DNA of 64,000 nt from Escherichia phage BEU50, in the sequence record OM632671.1. One strand, 5' to 3'. Shown here piece by piece: positions 1-8,204 of the stretch (position 1 is its first letter; each line of letters starts with the position of its first letter). A program made the position numbers and the translations under genes. The notes under the pieces were generated by a model. That model had not been told where the DNA came from, ran no database searches, and saw nothing but the letters and a program-made list of their open reading frames with translations.

Positions 1-177
1 GCTAAAATTTTCGATAAGCTTAAAGATAATGCTTACGATAATGATGATAAAATGGTTATTGAATTCGAAACCAATTATCATATTGTGTCAGAATACATGG
101 GACGACGTGGTACTCTTTCCAAAGAACAGGTCGCTCAAATCGTTAAATTCATGAAGGCCGTGGAAGCGGCCAAATAA
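1..177 (+). CDS. rIIA: rIIA C-terminal fragment (partial at window edge)
   Basis: Open frame running in from the window edge, stop at 175-177, immediately upstream of rIIB as in T4. Confidence 0.45.
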   Translation, partial: AKIFDKLKDNAYDNDDKMVIEFETNYHIVSEYMGRRGTLSKEQVAQIVKFMKAVEAAK

Positions 178-186
178 GGAAACATT

Positions 187-1134
187 ATGTACAATATTAA
201 ATGCTTGTCCCAAGAAGAACAGTTAGAAGCTTACGGCCTGGTTGAATCAGGCAAATGGACTCGTAAAGAAATTGCCGATTACTTCGACATTTCAACAGAT
301 ACTCTTCGTAAGATTGTTAAGAATTTTAAAGCAGAAGGCGTTGTCCCTGAAGCAAACGATGCCTCTTATGTAATCGAAGAAGTTCCAGAAAATGATGAAC
401 CTATTATCGGCGGACATCGTCCTGAAATCGTATGGAACGCGTCATCTAAATTTATTTCAATTATTGAAGGACGCGTAGCATACAATGCGACTCCATCAAG
501 TCATGCAAATTTTGAAGAAATTAAAGCTAATCTGGTCGCAGGAAACCTTAGTAAAGCTGTCGAACTTATTAACATCAAGAAAGCTATTACTAAGTTTGTT
601 GATGGTAATGTTACTATTGAAGGTGGTAGTTTATTTTATCAAGGTATAGAAATTCGTTCAGGACTGGTTAATCGTATTATTGATTCCATGGAAAAAGGTG
701 AAGACTTTAAATTCTATCTGCCGTTCCTTGAAAACCTGTTAGAAAACCCAAGCGAAAAAGCTGTACAACGTTTATTCGACTTCTTGGTTGCAAATGATAT
801 TGAAATCACTGAAGATGGGCATTTCTATGCGTGGAAAGTAGTTCGTAAAGACTATTTAGACTGTTATAGTGGCACATTTGATAACTCGCCCGGTAAAGTT
901 GTTTCAATGCCTCGTACTCGTGTTAACGATGATGATACACAAACTTGTTCCCGTGGTCTACATGTTTGTGCTAAATCATATATTCGTTACTTTGGTTCTA
1001 GCTCAGATAAAGTTGTTAAGGTTAAAGTTCATCCACGTGATGTTGTGTCTATCCCGGTTGACTATGGTGATGCTAAGATGCGTACTTGTCGTTACGAAGT
1101 AATTTCAGACGTTACTGAATTATTTGCAGAATAA
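187..1134 (+). CDS. rIIB: rIIB membrane-associated protein
   Basis: 315 aa, N-terminus MYNIKCL resembles T4 rIIB (312 aa); RBS taaggaaacatt upstream; synteny. Confidence 0.7.
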   Translation: MYNIKCLSQEEQLEAYGLVESGKWTRKEIADYFDISTDTLRKIVKNFKAEGVVPEANDASYVIEEVPENDEPIIGGHRPEIVWNASSKFISIIEGRVAYNATPSSHANFEEIKANLVAGNLSKAVELINIKKAITKFVDGNVTIEGGSLFYQGIEIRSGLVNRIIDSMEKGEDFKFYLPFLENLLENPSEKAVQRLFDFLVANDIEITEDGHFYAWKVVRKDYLDCYSGTFDNSPGKVVSMPRTRVNDDDTQTCSRGLHVCAKSYIRYFGSSSDKVVKVKVHPRDVVSIPVDYGDAKMRTCRYEVISDVTELFAE

Positions 1135-1139
1135 TAATT

Positions 1140-1162
1140 GGGGACTTCGGTCCCCTTTTTTC
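1140..1162 (+). terminator. Intrinsic terminator (GGGGAC-TTCG-GTCCCC hairpin plus T-run)
   Basis: Perfect 6-bp stem with UUCG tetraloop followed by TTTTTT directly after rIIB stop. Confidence 0.6.
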
Positions 1163-1175
1163 TTTAGGGGTAATT

Positions 1176-1463
1176 ATGATTCATCCATTTGACGTATCAG
1201 AATCCAAAATTGCTAATCTTCGTGGTCATCATAAGTGTAAATCAGTTTATTGTGCTAAATTGGTAAAACATCCTGGTGATGCACACTACGGCTGGTTAGA
1301 ATGCGACGAAGTTGTTATTGAAATTCCGCCTGTAGATGCAGAATATCTTGAAGAAGGTGACCGCATTTATTTTGGCGAACTACACATCAGAGGTATCTAT
1401 GGTAAAGACGAACTTGGGGCTGTTGAGGCTGAAGAGTCTTCCGACATTTATCCTGTCGAATGA
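1176..1463 (+). CDS. Hypothetical early protein
   Basis: 95-aa ORF with AGGGG RBS-like sequence upstream; no recognised homolog. Confidence 0.4.
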   Translation: MIHPFDVSESKIANLRGHHKCKSVYCAKLVKHPGDAHYGWLECDEVVIEIPPVDAEYLEEGDRIYFGELHIRGIYGKDELGAVEAEESSDIYPVE

Positions 1464-1479
1464 GTTTTTGACTAGTGAA

Positions 1480-1956
1480 ATGAAGGTGAAGATTGCTGAC
1501 ACTGCTCGGTATTCTCTGAGCCAAAATCCTGGCCAAAACAAAGAAGATGTAGTTCGACGTTGTAAGGTTGCGGTCTTTGCAGAGTATGTAGTAGCAAATT
1601 GGCTAGACGGATATGTTAATAAAGGTAATGAAGACGTAGAAGACCCGTACACGTATGCATGGGACGTGTTAGCTCATCCTAAATACTGCGGGTTGCGTGT
1701 AGAAGTCAAGACACACCAGATGGATTCTAAATGGATTTCCGTTACCACAGGATACAGTGGTGATTATCCGGGTGGTAATGGAATCAATATAGGGCCCTTC
1801 TTGAACCATCGAGTCGCAGATTGCATTATTATATTAGATGTCAAAGAAACCTCACCTGACGTCTTCTCTTATTCTATAAAGTTCGTGGGAGACCATGAAG
1901 ACCTAAAGAAAATCGTCCGTAAGAGCAACTACAACGGGTGGTATCTTCATCTTTAA
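1480..1956 (+). CDS. Hypothetical protein at the position occupied by denB in T4
   Basis: In-frame ATG at 1480 after the upstream ORF stop; synteny only (rIIB-denB-ndd in T4); identity not established. Confidence 0.35.
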   Translation: MKVKIADTARYSLSQNPGQNKEDVVRRCKVAVFAEYVVANWLDGYVNKGNEDVEDPYTYAWDVLAHPKYCGLRVEVKTHQMDSKWISVTTGYSGDYPGGNGINIGPFLNHRVADCIIILDVKETSPDVFSYSIKFVGDHEDLKKIVRKSNYNGWYLHL

Positions 1957-1968
1957 TTTCATAAAAGT

Positions 1969-2005
1969 GTTTACAACTAAGTAGGACTATGATATAGTAG
2001 TCCTA
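1969..2005 (+). promoter_or_regulatory. Early sigma70-type promoter with inverted repeat (GTTTAC -35, TGaTATAGT extended -10, TAGGACTA/TAGTCCTA arms)
   Basis: GTTTAC 1969-1974, TATAGT 1993-1998, 8-bp inverted repeat 1982-1989 and 1998-2005. Confidence 0.6.
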
Positions 2006-2024
2006 TCTAAAAGAGGATAACATC

Positions 2025-2288
2025 ATGAAATTTAAATTTTTCTACGCAAAACATAAAGTAACAGGCGAATTTGTTTCAATGTACAACACTGCAGATGACG
2101 AAGGGATGATTTATACCCATTTGGGTCTATCTCATTGGGACTCGGACGTGCCTTATATGTCATCTGAAGCCGAAATAACTCGTTTAGTTAATGGACATAT
2201 GAACGACCATTTTGGTGTTATTCTTTCTAAAGACCTTAAAGAGGTTATCAACAAAGGATATATGGAACTTGCGGAAGTTGAGATATGA
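2025..2288 (+). CDS. Hypothetical early protein
   Basis: 87-aa ORF directly downstream of promoter cassette with GAGGA RBS. Confidence 0.5.
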   Translation: MKFKFFYAKHKVTGEFVSMYNTADDEGMIYTHLGLSHWDSDVPYMSSEAEITRLVNGHMNDHFGVILSKDLKEVINKGYMELAEVEI

Positions 2289-2480
2289 GCTCTAAAATGT
2301 GGATAGGAATATGGTTGCTTAGTATCCCAATGATTTGTATAATATTTTCAATTGTGTTGAGGTACTTATGAAAAATGCACTTCTTATTGTACTAAGAACA
2401 ATTTGTGATACGGGTTTTTACATCGCATGTTCGTTCACTGGAACATGGTTGGCTTTAACATATTTTAATGTAATTTAATT

Positions 2481-2517
2481 GTTTACATCAAGGTAGGATT
2501 ATGGTATAGTAGTCCTA
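2481..2517 (+). promoter_or_regulatory. Early promoter cassette (GTTTAC, TGgTATAGT) with imperfect inverted repeat
   Basis: GTTTAC 2481-2486, TATAGT 2505-2510, arms TAGGATTA and TAGTCCTA; leader identical to that at 21855-21884. Confidence 0.6.
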
Positions 2518-2539
2518 TCAACAACATGAGGAAATCAAA

Positions 2540-2740
2540 ATGGCTAAGCTTTTTAAAGATGTTGAAATTGGTGAAAAATTTGTCCTGAATAATGGTCAGC
2601 AGCTTATTCGTGTAGCTTCTATAGCCGGACAAACTCATAACTGCATCGCCCCAACGTATTGGACCCGATTCTTTATTGAGGATGACACAGAATGTTTAAC
2701 TGTTGAAGAGCTTTTTGAACGTTCTGATATAACCGAATAA
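2540..2740 (+). CDS. Hypothetical early protein
   Basis: 66-aa ORF with GAGGAAATCAAAATG start context. Confidence 0.5.
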   Translation: MAKLFKDVEIGEKFVLNNGQQLIRVASIAGQTHNCIAPTYWTRFFIEDDTECLTVEELFERSDITE

Positions 2741-2742
2741 AA

Positions 2743-2779
2743 TTGTACAAACTCTTGAGAGCAGAGTATAATGCTCTCA
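2743..2779 (+). promoter_or_regulatory. Early promoter with palindrome (TTGTAC, TATAAT, TGAGAGCA/TGCTCTCA arms)
   Basis: TATAAT 2767-2772 lies between perfect 8-bp inverted repeats 2756-2763 and 2772-2779. Confidence 0.5.
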
Positions 2780-2816
2780 TGGATTACAAAAACATTAATC
2801 AATTGAGGAAATTAGC

Positions 2817-3263
2817 ATGTCCAAATATTTAACTCGTAAAGACCTTCTGGCAGTTGGCGGTGAAGTTGTTGCAGTAGTTCGTAATGGCGAATACGGTTCT
2901 GAAGTTTCTAAAGAGTTTCGTTCTCGTGAAGGTTTTTACTTCTTTGTTAAAGGTTCATCTGATTGGCGACAAGTAGCAGCACGATTCTTTGTAGGACGTC
3001 AACGTTCTAAACAAGGGTTGGATGCAATTCTTTCTCACATTCGTCAAGGCCGTTCGCAACTAGCCCGTACCATGGGCACTAACAATATTGAATATGATGT
3101 AATCTTTGTTGCAGCTAAGAATATGAAACCACTGACCACTGGTTATGGTAAAGGTCAATTGGCTCTGGCGTTCACTCGCAACCATACATCAGAATATCAA
3201 ACACTCACTGAAATGAACCGTCTTCTGGCAGATAATTTCAAATTCATTCTGCAGAGTTACTAA
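2817..3263 (+). CDS. ndd: Nucleoid disruption protein Ndd-like
   Basis: 148 aa; size and position (last sizeable gene before the tiny membrane ORFs and gene 52) match T4 ndd; remembered similarity only. Confidence 0.55.
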   Translation: MSKYLTRKDLLAVGGEVVAVVRNGEYGSEVSKEFRSREGFYFFVKGSSDWRQVAARFFVGRQRSKQGLDAILSHIRQGRSQLARTMGTNNIEYDVIFVAAKNMKPLTTGYGKGQLALAFTRNHTSEYQTLTEMNRLLADNFKFILQSY

Positions 3264-3315
3264 TTTATATAGGCCTAGCTTAATAGGCCTTTAATTTATT
3301 TTTGAGGTAATTAAA

Positions 3316-3462
3316 ATGGTAGCATGGATTATTGCATTGCTGTGTTGGTCGTTTTTATTCGTTAGCACTTTAGTTACAGGCGAAACAACAGTATTTCAAC
3401 AGGCCGTATCACAAGGTACCTTAGCGGTCTTAGCGCTTCTTAACGTATTAAAAGGCGAGTAA
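3316..3462 (+). CDS. Small hydrophobic protein (possible ac-like membrane peptide)
   Basis: 48-aa ORF, largely hydrophobic, located between ndd and gene 52 where T4 carries ac and stp. Confidence 0.3.
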   Translation: MVAWIIALLCWSFLFVSTLVTGETTVFQQAVSQGTLAVLALLNVLKGE

Positions 3463-3602
3463 TGATTAAGAAAATCTTAGCAGGAGCCTTCGGGCTCTTG
3501 TTGTTGCTTACGGTTCTGTACTATGGTGTGATGTTTGGACTAATCCAAGTAGTGCTTTTCATTTCAGATGTTATAATGATTATTCGTTCATTAATATGGT
3601 GA
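3462..3602 (+). CDS. Small hydrophobic protein
   Basis: 46-aa hydrophobic ORF, start overlaps previous stop (TAATG). Confidence 0.3.
   Translation: MIKKILAGAFGLLLLLTVLYYGVMFGLIQVVLFISDVIMIIRSLIW
3554..3578 (+). promoter_or_regulatory. Possible MotA-dependent middle promoter (TGCTTTT box, 12-bp spacer, TATAAT)
   Basis: TGCTTTT 3554-3560 and TATAAT 3573-3578 upstream of gene 52. Confidence 0.3.
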
Positions 3603-3606
3603 AAAT

Positions 3607-4932
3607 ATGCAATTGAATTCTCGTAATCTAAAAAGTATTATTGATAACGAAGCCTTAGCATATGCGATGTACACCGTTGAAAACCGTGCAATCCCAAACA
3701 TGATTGATGGATTTAAACCGGTTCAACGTTTTGTGGTTCATCGTGCATTAGATTTGGCTCGTGGTAATAAAGAAAAATTTCATAAACTTGCGTCAATTGC
3801 AGGCGGTGTTGCAGATTTAGGTTATCACCACGGTGAATCTTCTGCACAAGATGCAGGTGCATTAATGGCTAACACATGGAACAACAACTATCCACTGTTA
3901 GATGGCCAGGGCAACTTTGGTTCTAGAACAGTCCAAAAAGCTGCAGCATCTCGTTATATTTTTGCTCGTGTAAGTAAAAATTTCTATAACGTATATAAAG
4001 ATACTGAATATGCTCCAGCTCATGAAGATAAAGAACACATTCCACCAAAATTCTATCTTCCTATTATTCCGACAGTTCTTTTGAATGGCGTCTCTGGTAT
4101 TGCAACCGGTTACGCAACAAATATTCTGCCTCATAGTTTTAAATCAGTCAAAAAGGCTGTATTACAAGCTCTTCAAGGTAAAAATGTCACTAAGCCAAAA
4201 GTTGAATTCCCGGAATTCCGTGGTGAAGTACATGAAGTTGATGGGCGTTATGAGATTCACGGAACATATAAGTTCACATCTCGCACTCAAATGCAGATAA
4301 CTGAAATCCCATATAAATTCGACCGTGAAACGTATGTGAGTAAGGTTCTTGACCCGTTGGAAGACAAAGGTCTAATCTCATGGGAAGATGATTGCGGTGA
4401 ACACGGCTTTGGGTTTAAGGTGAAGTTCCGTAAAGAGTACTCGCTTTCTGATGATGAAGAGCTACGTCATGAAAAAATCATGAAAGATTTTAGTCTCATC
4501 GAACGTCGTTCACAAAACATCACAGTGATTAATGAAAAGGGTAAATTAGCGGTCTACGATAATGTAGTGGACTTAATCAAAGATTTTGTTGAAGTCCGTA
4601 AGACTTACGTTCAGAAACGTATTGACAACAAAATCCTTGAATCTGAAAAAGCATTTAAACTGGCTTTTGCTAAGGCACACTTCATCAAAAAAGTTATCAG
4701 TGGCGAAATTGTGATTCAGGGCAAGACTCGTAAAGCTTTGACTGAAGAGCTAGCACAAATCGAAATGTATAAAGAACATGTCGATAAACTGGTAGGTCTT
4801 AACATCTTCCATATCACTTCCGATGAAGCACGTAAACTAGCAGAAGAAGCTAAAGCTAAGAAAGAAGAAAATGAGTATTGGAAGTCTACTGATGTTGTGA
4901 CAGAGTACACTAAAGACTTGGAGGCACTTTGA
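3607..4932 (+). CDS. 52: DNA topoisomerase II medium subunit gp52
   Basis: 441 aa, GyrA-like N-terminal sequence; T4 gp52 size and synteny. Confidence 0.9.
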   Translation: MQLNSRNLKSIIDNEALAYAMYTVENRAIPNMIDGFKPVQRFVVHRALDLARGNKEKFHKLASIAGGVADLGYHHGESSAQDAGALMANTWNNNYPLLDGQGNFGSRTVQKAAASRYIFARVSKNFYNVYKDTEYAPAHEDKEHIPPKFYLPIIPTVLLNGVSGIATGYATNILPHSFKSVKKAVLQALQGKNVTKPKVEFPEFRGEVHEVDGRYEIHGTYKFTSRTQMQITEIPYKFDRETYVSKVLDPLEDKGLISWEDDCGEHGFGFKVKFRKEYSLSDDEELRHEKIMKDFSLIERRSQNITVINEKGKLAVYDNVVDLIKDFVEVRKTYVQKRIDNKILESEKAFKLAFAKAHFIKKVISGEIVIQGKTRKALTEELAQIEMYKEHVDKLVGLNIFHITSDEARKLAEEAKAKKEENEYWKSTDVVTEYTKDLEAL

Positions 4933-5008
4933 GTGCCCTAGCCTTAGGATTTCTCGGTGCAATAGCTGCACTAGTGATTTGGCTGTATTGGTTGGACAAA
5001 CATGATTA

Positions 5009-5030
5009 GGGAGCTTCGGCTCCCTTTTGT
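5009..5030 (+). terminator. Intrinsic terminator (GGGAGC-TTCG-GCTCCC plus T-run)
   Basis: Perfect stem with UUCG loop followed by TTTT downstream of gene 52. Confidence 0.6.
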
Positions 5031-5048
5031 GCATTTTTCTCACAAAAC

Positions 5049-5126
5049 AGTTTACATGTGCTTCAAACATGATATTATAGACCTATCAAAACAAAACAAC
5101 CAAATTGGAGAAATAAAATGTCTAAA
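5049..5126 (+). repeat. Promoter/leader cassette, copy 1 (early promoter, leader, first codons ATGTCTAAA)
   Basis: About 90% identical to 5371-5446; GTTTAC 5050-5055, TGATATTAT extended -10, shared RBS GGAGAAATAAAATG. Confidence 0.7.
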
Positions 5127-5333
5127 ATGAAATTAACCCAAAACACAACTACTCGTTTCGGTAAAGTTAAACCTGGTATGAATGCTCCCCGTAAAGCACT
5201 TGTTGAAGAATTAAATTTCTTAGAAGTTGAAATCAATTCTTTAGTGGTTCGCGGTTCAAATGGACATCGTTTAGAAAAGCTTCGTTCTAAAAAGGCAAAA
5301 CTTATTGGCCTTATTAAAGAAATGAGTTTGTAA
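5118..5333 (+). CDS. Hypothetical small basic protein
   Basis: 71-aa ORF flanked by the duplicated promoter/leader cassette. Confidence 0.5.
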   Translation: MSKMKLTQNTTTRFGKVKPGMNAPRKALVEELNFLEVEINSLVVRGSNGHRLEKLRSKKAKLIGLIKEMSL

Positions 5334-5370
5334 ATTTTACCAGGGCTTTTGGAAAAAGAGCCCAAAATAA

Positions 5371-5446
5371 AGTTTACTTTTGCTTCAAACATGATATTAT
5401 AGACCTATCAAAACAAATACTAATTTGGAGAAATAAAATGTCTAAA
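5371..5446 (+). repeat. Promoter/leader cassette, copy 2 (upstream of motA)
   Basis: Direct repeat of 5049-5126 including the first three codons MSK. Confidence 0.7.
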
Positions 5447-6070
5447 GTTACTTACATCATCAAAGCTTCTGAAAACGCTCTGAATGAAAAAACTGCTGCA
5501 ATAATGGTTTATATCATTAAGAACAACTTCACCACTGCTGCCAATGTCCGTGAAGCTCTGGAAGCGGAATACAATGCATCGGTTGTTAACTCTAACATTG
5601 GTGTATTGATTAAGAAAGGTTTAGTCGAAAAATCCGGTGATGGACTTGTAGCAACAGGCGAAGCAATGGATATTATCCAAAAAGCTGCAGACCTATTTGC
5701 TCAAGAAAATGCTCCAGAACTTCTTCAGAAACGTAACACTAGAAAAGCACGTGGAGTTACTCCTGAAATGCATGAATTAGCAAACTTTGTTTTTGAAAAT
5801 ATTAAAGATAAAGTTGAAGTTAAAGAAATTGGTGAAAACCGTAGTAACTTGGAAGTTCGATTTGCAAAACGAGTTCTAGGTATTCGTCAGATCGAAATTC
5901 GTCGAGATGGTTCTCTTAGAATCTTTGCATACAACATGTCAGAAACTGAATCAAAGCTGTTTACTTCTCTTGAAAATGATGTTAAGATTAAGATCGGTGG
6001 TAAATATACTTACATTGACTTCCCTAATGTGTCCAAAGAAATCATTACCCTTGTAACTAACGTACTGTGA
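5438..6070 (+). CDS. motA: Middle transcription activator MotA
   Basis: 210 aa, N-terminus MSKVTYIIKAS and overall similarity to T4 MotA (211 aa). Confidence 0.85.
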   Translation: MSKVTYIIKASENALNEKTAAIMVYIIKNNFTTAANVREALEAEYNASVVNSNIGVLIKKGLVEKSGDGLVATGEAMDIIQKAADLFAQENAPELLQKRNTRKARGVTPEMHELANFVFENIKDKVEVKEIGENRSNLEVRFAKRVLGIRQIEIRRDGSLRIFAYNMSETESKLFTSLENDVKIKIGGKYTYIDFPNVSKEIITLVTNVL

Positions 6071-6080
6071 GGAATACATA

Positions 6081-6410
6081 ATGAATAAGCTGAATATTAT
6101 TAACGAACTTCGTAAATGTGCAGAACCTACTCAGGAAGGATGGGATATTTGGTACCACGGGGCTTATTTAGGGACAATTGTAAAGATTAAAGCAGGCCAA
6201 TATATGGTTATTCGTGAAAATAATGACGCGCCATTTGGCCTTCGTAAAAACTACATGGCAGCGATCAGTTCATTTGTTGATGCAGCTTACGAAATTTATA
6301 AAGAAGATTATAAAGAATATCAGCAGTCACAACCGGTTATTCGTTCGATTGGTGTAAATAAACAAGCACAAAAATCTATTTGGCAACGTATTAAAGGATG
6401 GTTTAAATGA
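6081..6410 (+). CDS. Hypothetical early protein
   Basis: 109-aa ORF, RBS GAGGAATACATAATG. Confidence 0.5.
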   Translation: MNKLNIINELRKCAEPTQEGWDIWYHGAYLGTIVKIKAGQYMVIRENNDAPFGLRKNYMAAISSFVDAAYEIYKEDYKEYQQSQPVIRSIGVNKQAQKSIWQRIKGWFK

Positions 6411-6868
6411 AAACTTTTAAAGAACGTTTAGCTCTGTTAGATAAAGCTTTGTCGCGTGAGACTCCGGAAAGTCTGGCCGCTAAATTAGCTTCTTACGGCG
6501 GTGAATATACAGAACAAAATGTTTTAGATGAAGTTCCTGAAATCTGTTGGCAGACTCTGTATTGGGATGAAAACCAAAAGTACCAACGACGAATTGTCTG
6601 TGCAGCCAACCGTTTTAAATTAAAAGATGGACGAACTCTTATTATTCCAGGTGCTCGTCATTACTCTAAAGATATGGCTGAAGTACTTGATATAGTTGGT
6701 CCTCAATTAGTCTCGCAGCAAGTTTGTGGCGACGACCAAGGCTTTATCGATCAATACTCTAATTACTGGACTCGTGAAGAAGCAATGATTATTGCAACTT
6801 ACGCTGGACAAGTACGTATTGAACGTGGTGGTAATGAAAAAGAACTTTACTCTGAGGACCTTTACTAA
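6407..6868 (+). CDS. Hypothetical early protein
   Basis: 153-aa ORF, start overlaps previous stop (ATGA coupling). Confidence 0.5.
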   Translation: MKTFKERLALLDKALSRETPESLAAKLASYGGEYTEQNVLDEVPEICWQTLYWDENQKYQRRIVCAANRFKLKDGRTLIIPGARHYSKDMAEVLDIVGPQLVSQQVCGDDQGFIDQYSNYWTREEAMIIATYAGQVRIERGGNEKELYSEDLY

Positions 6869-7149
6869 TGAATCTTAAACAACTCCAGATTGATGCTATT
6901 GAAGCCCACATTAATCATATCAAACGCCTGAATGCTATGATGGAAGAAAATTATGGTATGTATGCTAATCAGCCTGGTTGGGATGCTTTAGACCATCCTT
7001 ATTTGGTTAATTTATGTAAAGGTGATACGTTAGCAATTATTCGTGATGGGTTAAAACCTTTCTTGCGTGACATGTATATTAAAATGAACGAAGAAATTAT
7101 TAGCTCGTTGCAATATCAATTAAGGAAATTAGACGATGAGAATAATTGA
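6868..7149 (+). CDS. Hypothetical early protein
   Basis: 93-aa ORF translationally coupled to upstream ORF. Confidence 0.5.
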   Translation: MNLKQLQIDAIEAHINHIKRLNAMMEENYGMYANQPGWDALDHPYLVNLCKGDTLAIIRDGLKPFLRDMYIKMNEEIISSLQYQLRKLDDENN

Positions 7150-7360
7150 TTCTAAAGCAGATTATTTTAATTCTGTTAATGATAAGAATAAAGCTTTAAT
7201 TCGCCACTTTATTACTGAGATGGGTTATACTGACTCTAAAGATTTGAAAGAGCACATTATCGAATGTTCTGTGGCTAAAAAGTTTTCTTTCACAGACAAA
7301 TGTTTAAATGAGGTTATAAATCATTATGAACAATCTTGTAGCAAAACACGATTTCAATAA
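7136..7360 (+). CDS. Hypothetical early protein
   Basis: 74-aa ORF overlapping previous stop. Confidence 0.45.
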   Translation: MRIIDSKADYFNSVNDKNKALIRHFITEMGYTDSKDLKEHIIECSVAKKFSFTDKCLNEVINHYEQSCSKTRFQ

Positions 7361-7434
7361 GGCTTCTGTCCATAAGGACAAGAAGAAATCAGAACTTCAA
7401 TCTAAACGTAAACAAAAACATAAGGGTAAAGACT

Positions 7435-7734
7435 ATGCTTACTAAAATCAAAGAAAATCCTGCCACTGAACTTGTTATTCGATGTGAAGAACTTGCAGAG
7501 CTTTATCAGGTTAACCGAGAAGTGTGTCGTAGTGTTATCGTAGATATGGCAGACGAAGTATGTTCTCGTATTCCTTTTAGTGTCGATTTCAATCATATGA
7601 AGCCTGGTGAAATCACTATCGTCTTTGGTTCTGACTATACTGAAGAACGGGCTCTTAATGTCCTAGAATATGAAATGTCATTCTTTGACATACAGGATTA
7701 CATTGATAGTTATAAGGAACGATATGAGTCATAA
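7435..7734 (+). CDS. Hypothetical acidic protein (possible Arn-like DNA mimic, unproven)
   Basis: 99 aa, strongly acidic composition, located between motA and asiA where T4 carries arn. Confidence 0.45.
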   Translation: MLTKIKENPATELVIRCEELAELYQVNREVCRSVIVDMADEVCSRIPFSVDFNHMKPGEITIVFGSDYTEERALNVLEYEMSFFDIQDYIDSYKERYES

Positions 7735-7885
7735 TCTTCAGAACGTAGTAGAGGCCGAACGTGAGCGTGAGGCCTTAGTCTATAATGAATTATTAGCTCT
7801 GTTCTTAGCCTTACACTCGTACGAACAGGAAGACTACATTGATTACGTTAAAAGCGTAGAAAAAGCCGTTTACAATCAACACTGA
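7724..7885 (+). CDS. Hypothetical small protein
   Basis: 53-aa ORF from internal ATG 7724 with AAGGAA RBS; overlaps previous ORF end. Confidence 0.3.
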   Translation: MSHNLQNVVEAEREREALVYNELLALFLALHSYEQEDYIDYVKSVEKAVYNQH

Positions 7886-7931
7886 TAATGGTACTATATC
7901 CATATCAACTAAGTGGAATGAATAAAACGTT

Positions 7932-8204
7932 ATGAATAAAGACATTGAAATCGTACGTGAAATTATTACTATTGCTTCTATTTTGATTAAATTCTCTAGG
8001 GAAGATATTGTTGAAGACCGAGCGAGTTTCATCGGTTTCTTGAATGAGATTGGAATTAAAAAAGATGGTCGGCAGCTAAATCAGAATTCGTTCAGAAAAC
8101 TAATTACAAATTTAACTGCCGAAGAAAAGAAAACACTGATTAGTGAATTCAATGAAGGTTTTGAAAATATTTATCGTCATTTAGCGATGTATTCTAACAA
8201 CTAA
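7932..8204 (+). CDS. asiA: Anti-sigma70 protein AsiA
   Basis: 90 aa, MNKDIEIVREIITIASILIKFSREDIVE closely matches T4 AsiA. Confidence 0.85.
   Translation: MNKDIEIVREIITIASILIKFSREDIVEDRASFIGFLNEIGIKKDGRQLNQNSFRKLITNLTAEEKKTLISEFNEGFENIYRHLAMYSNN

Noticed and set aside
4929-5008. 26-codon hydrophobic frame (LSALALGFLGAIAALVIWLYWLDKHD) overlapping the gene 52 stop
   Set aside because: No ATG or GTG start and no RBS; would require TTG initiation inside gene 52; likely chance ORF.
5059-5065. TGCTTCA sequences resembling MotA boxes at 5059-5065 and 5381-5387
   Set aside because: They lie only about 7 bp upstream of the -10 element, inconsistent with the 11-13 bp spacing of T4 middle promoters; they are better explained as part of the spacer of the GTTTAC early promoter cassette.
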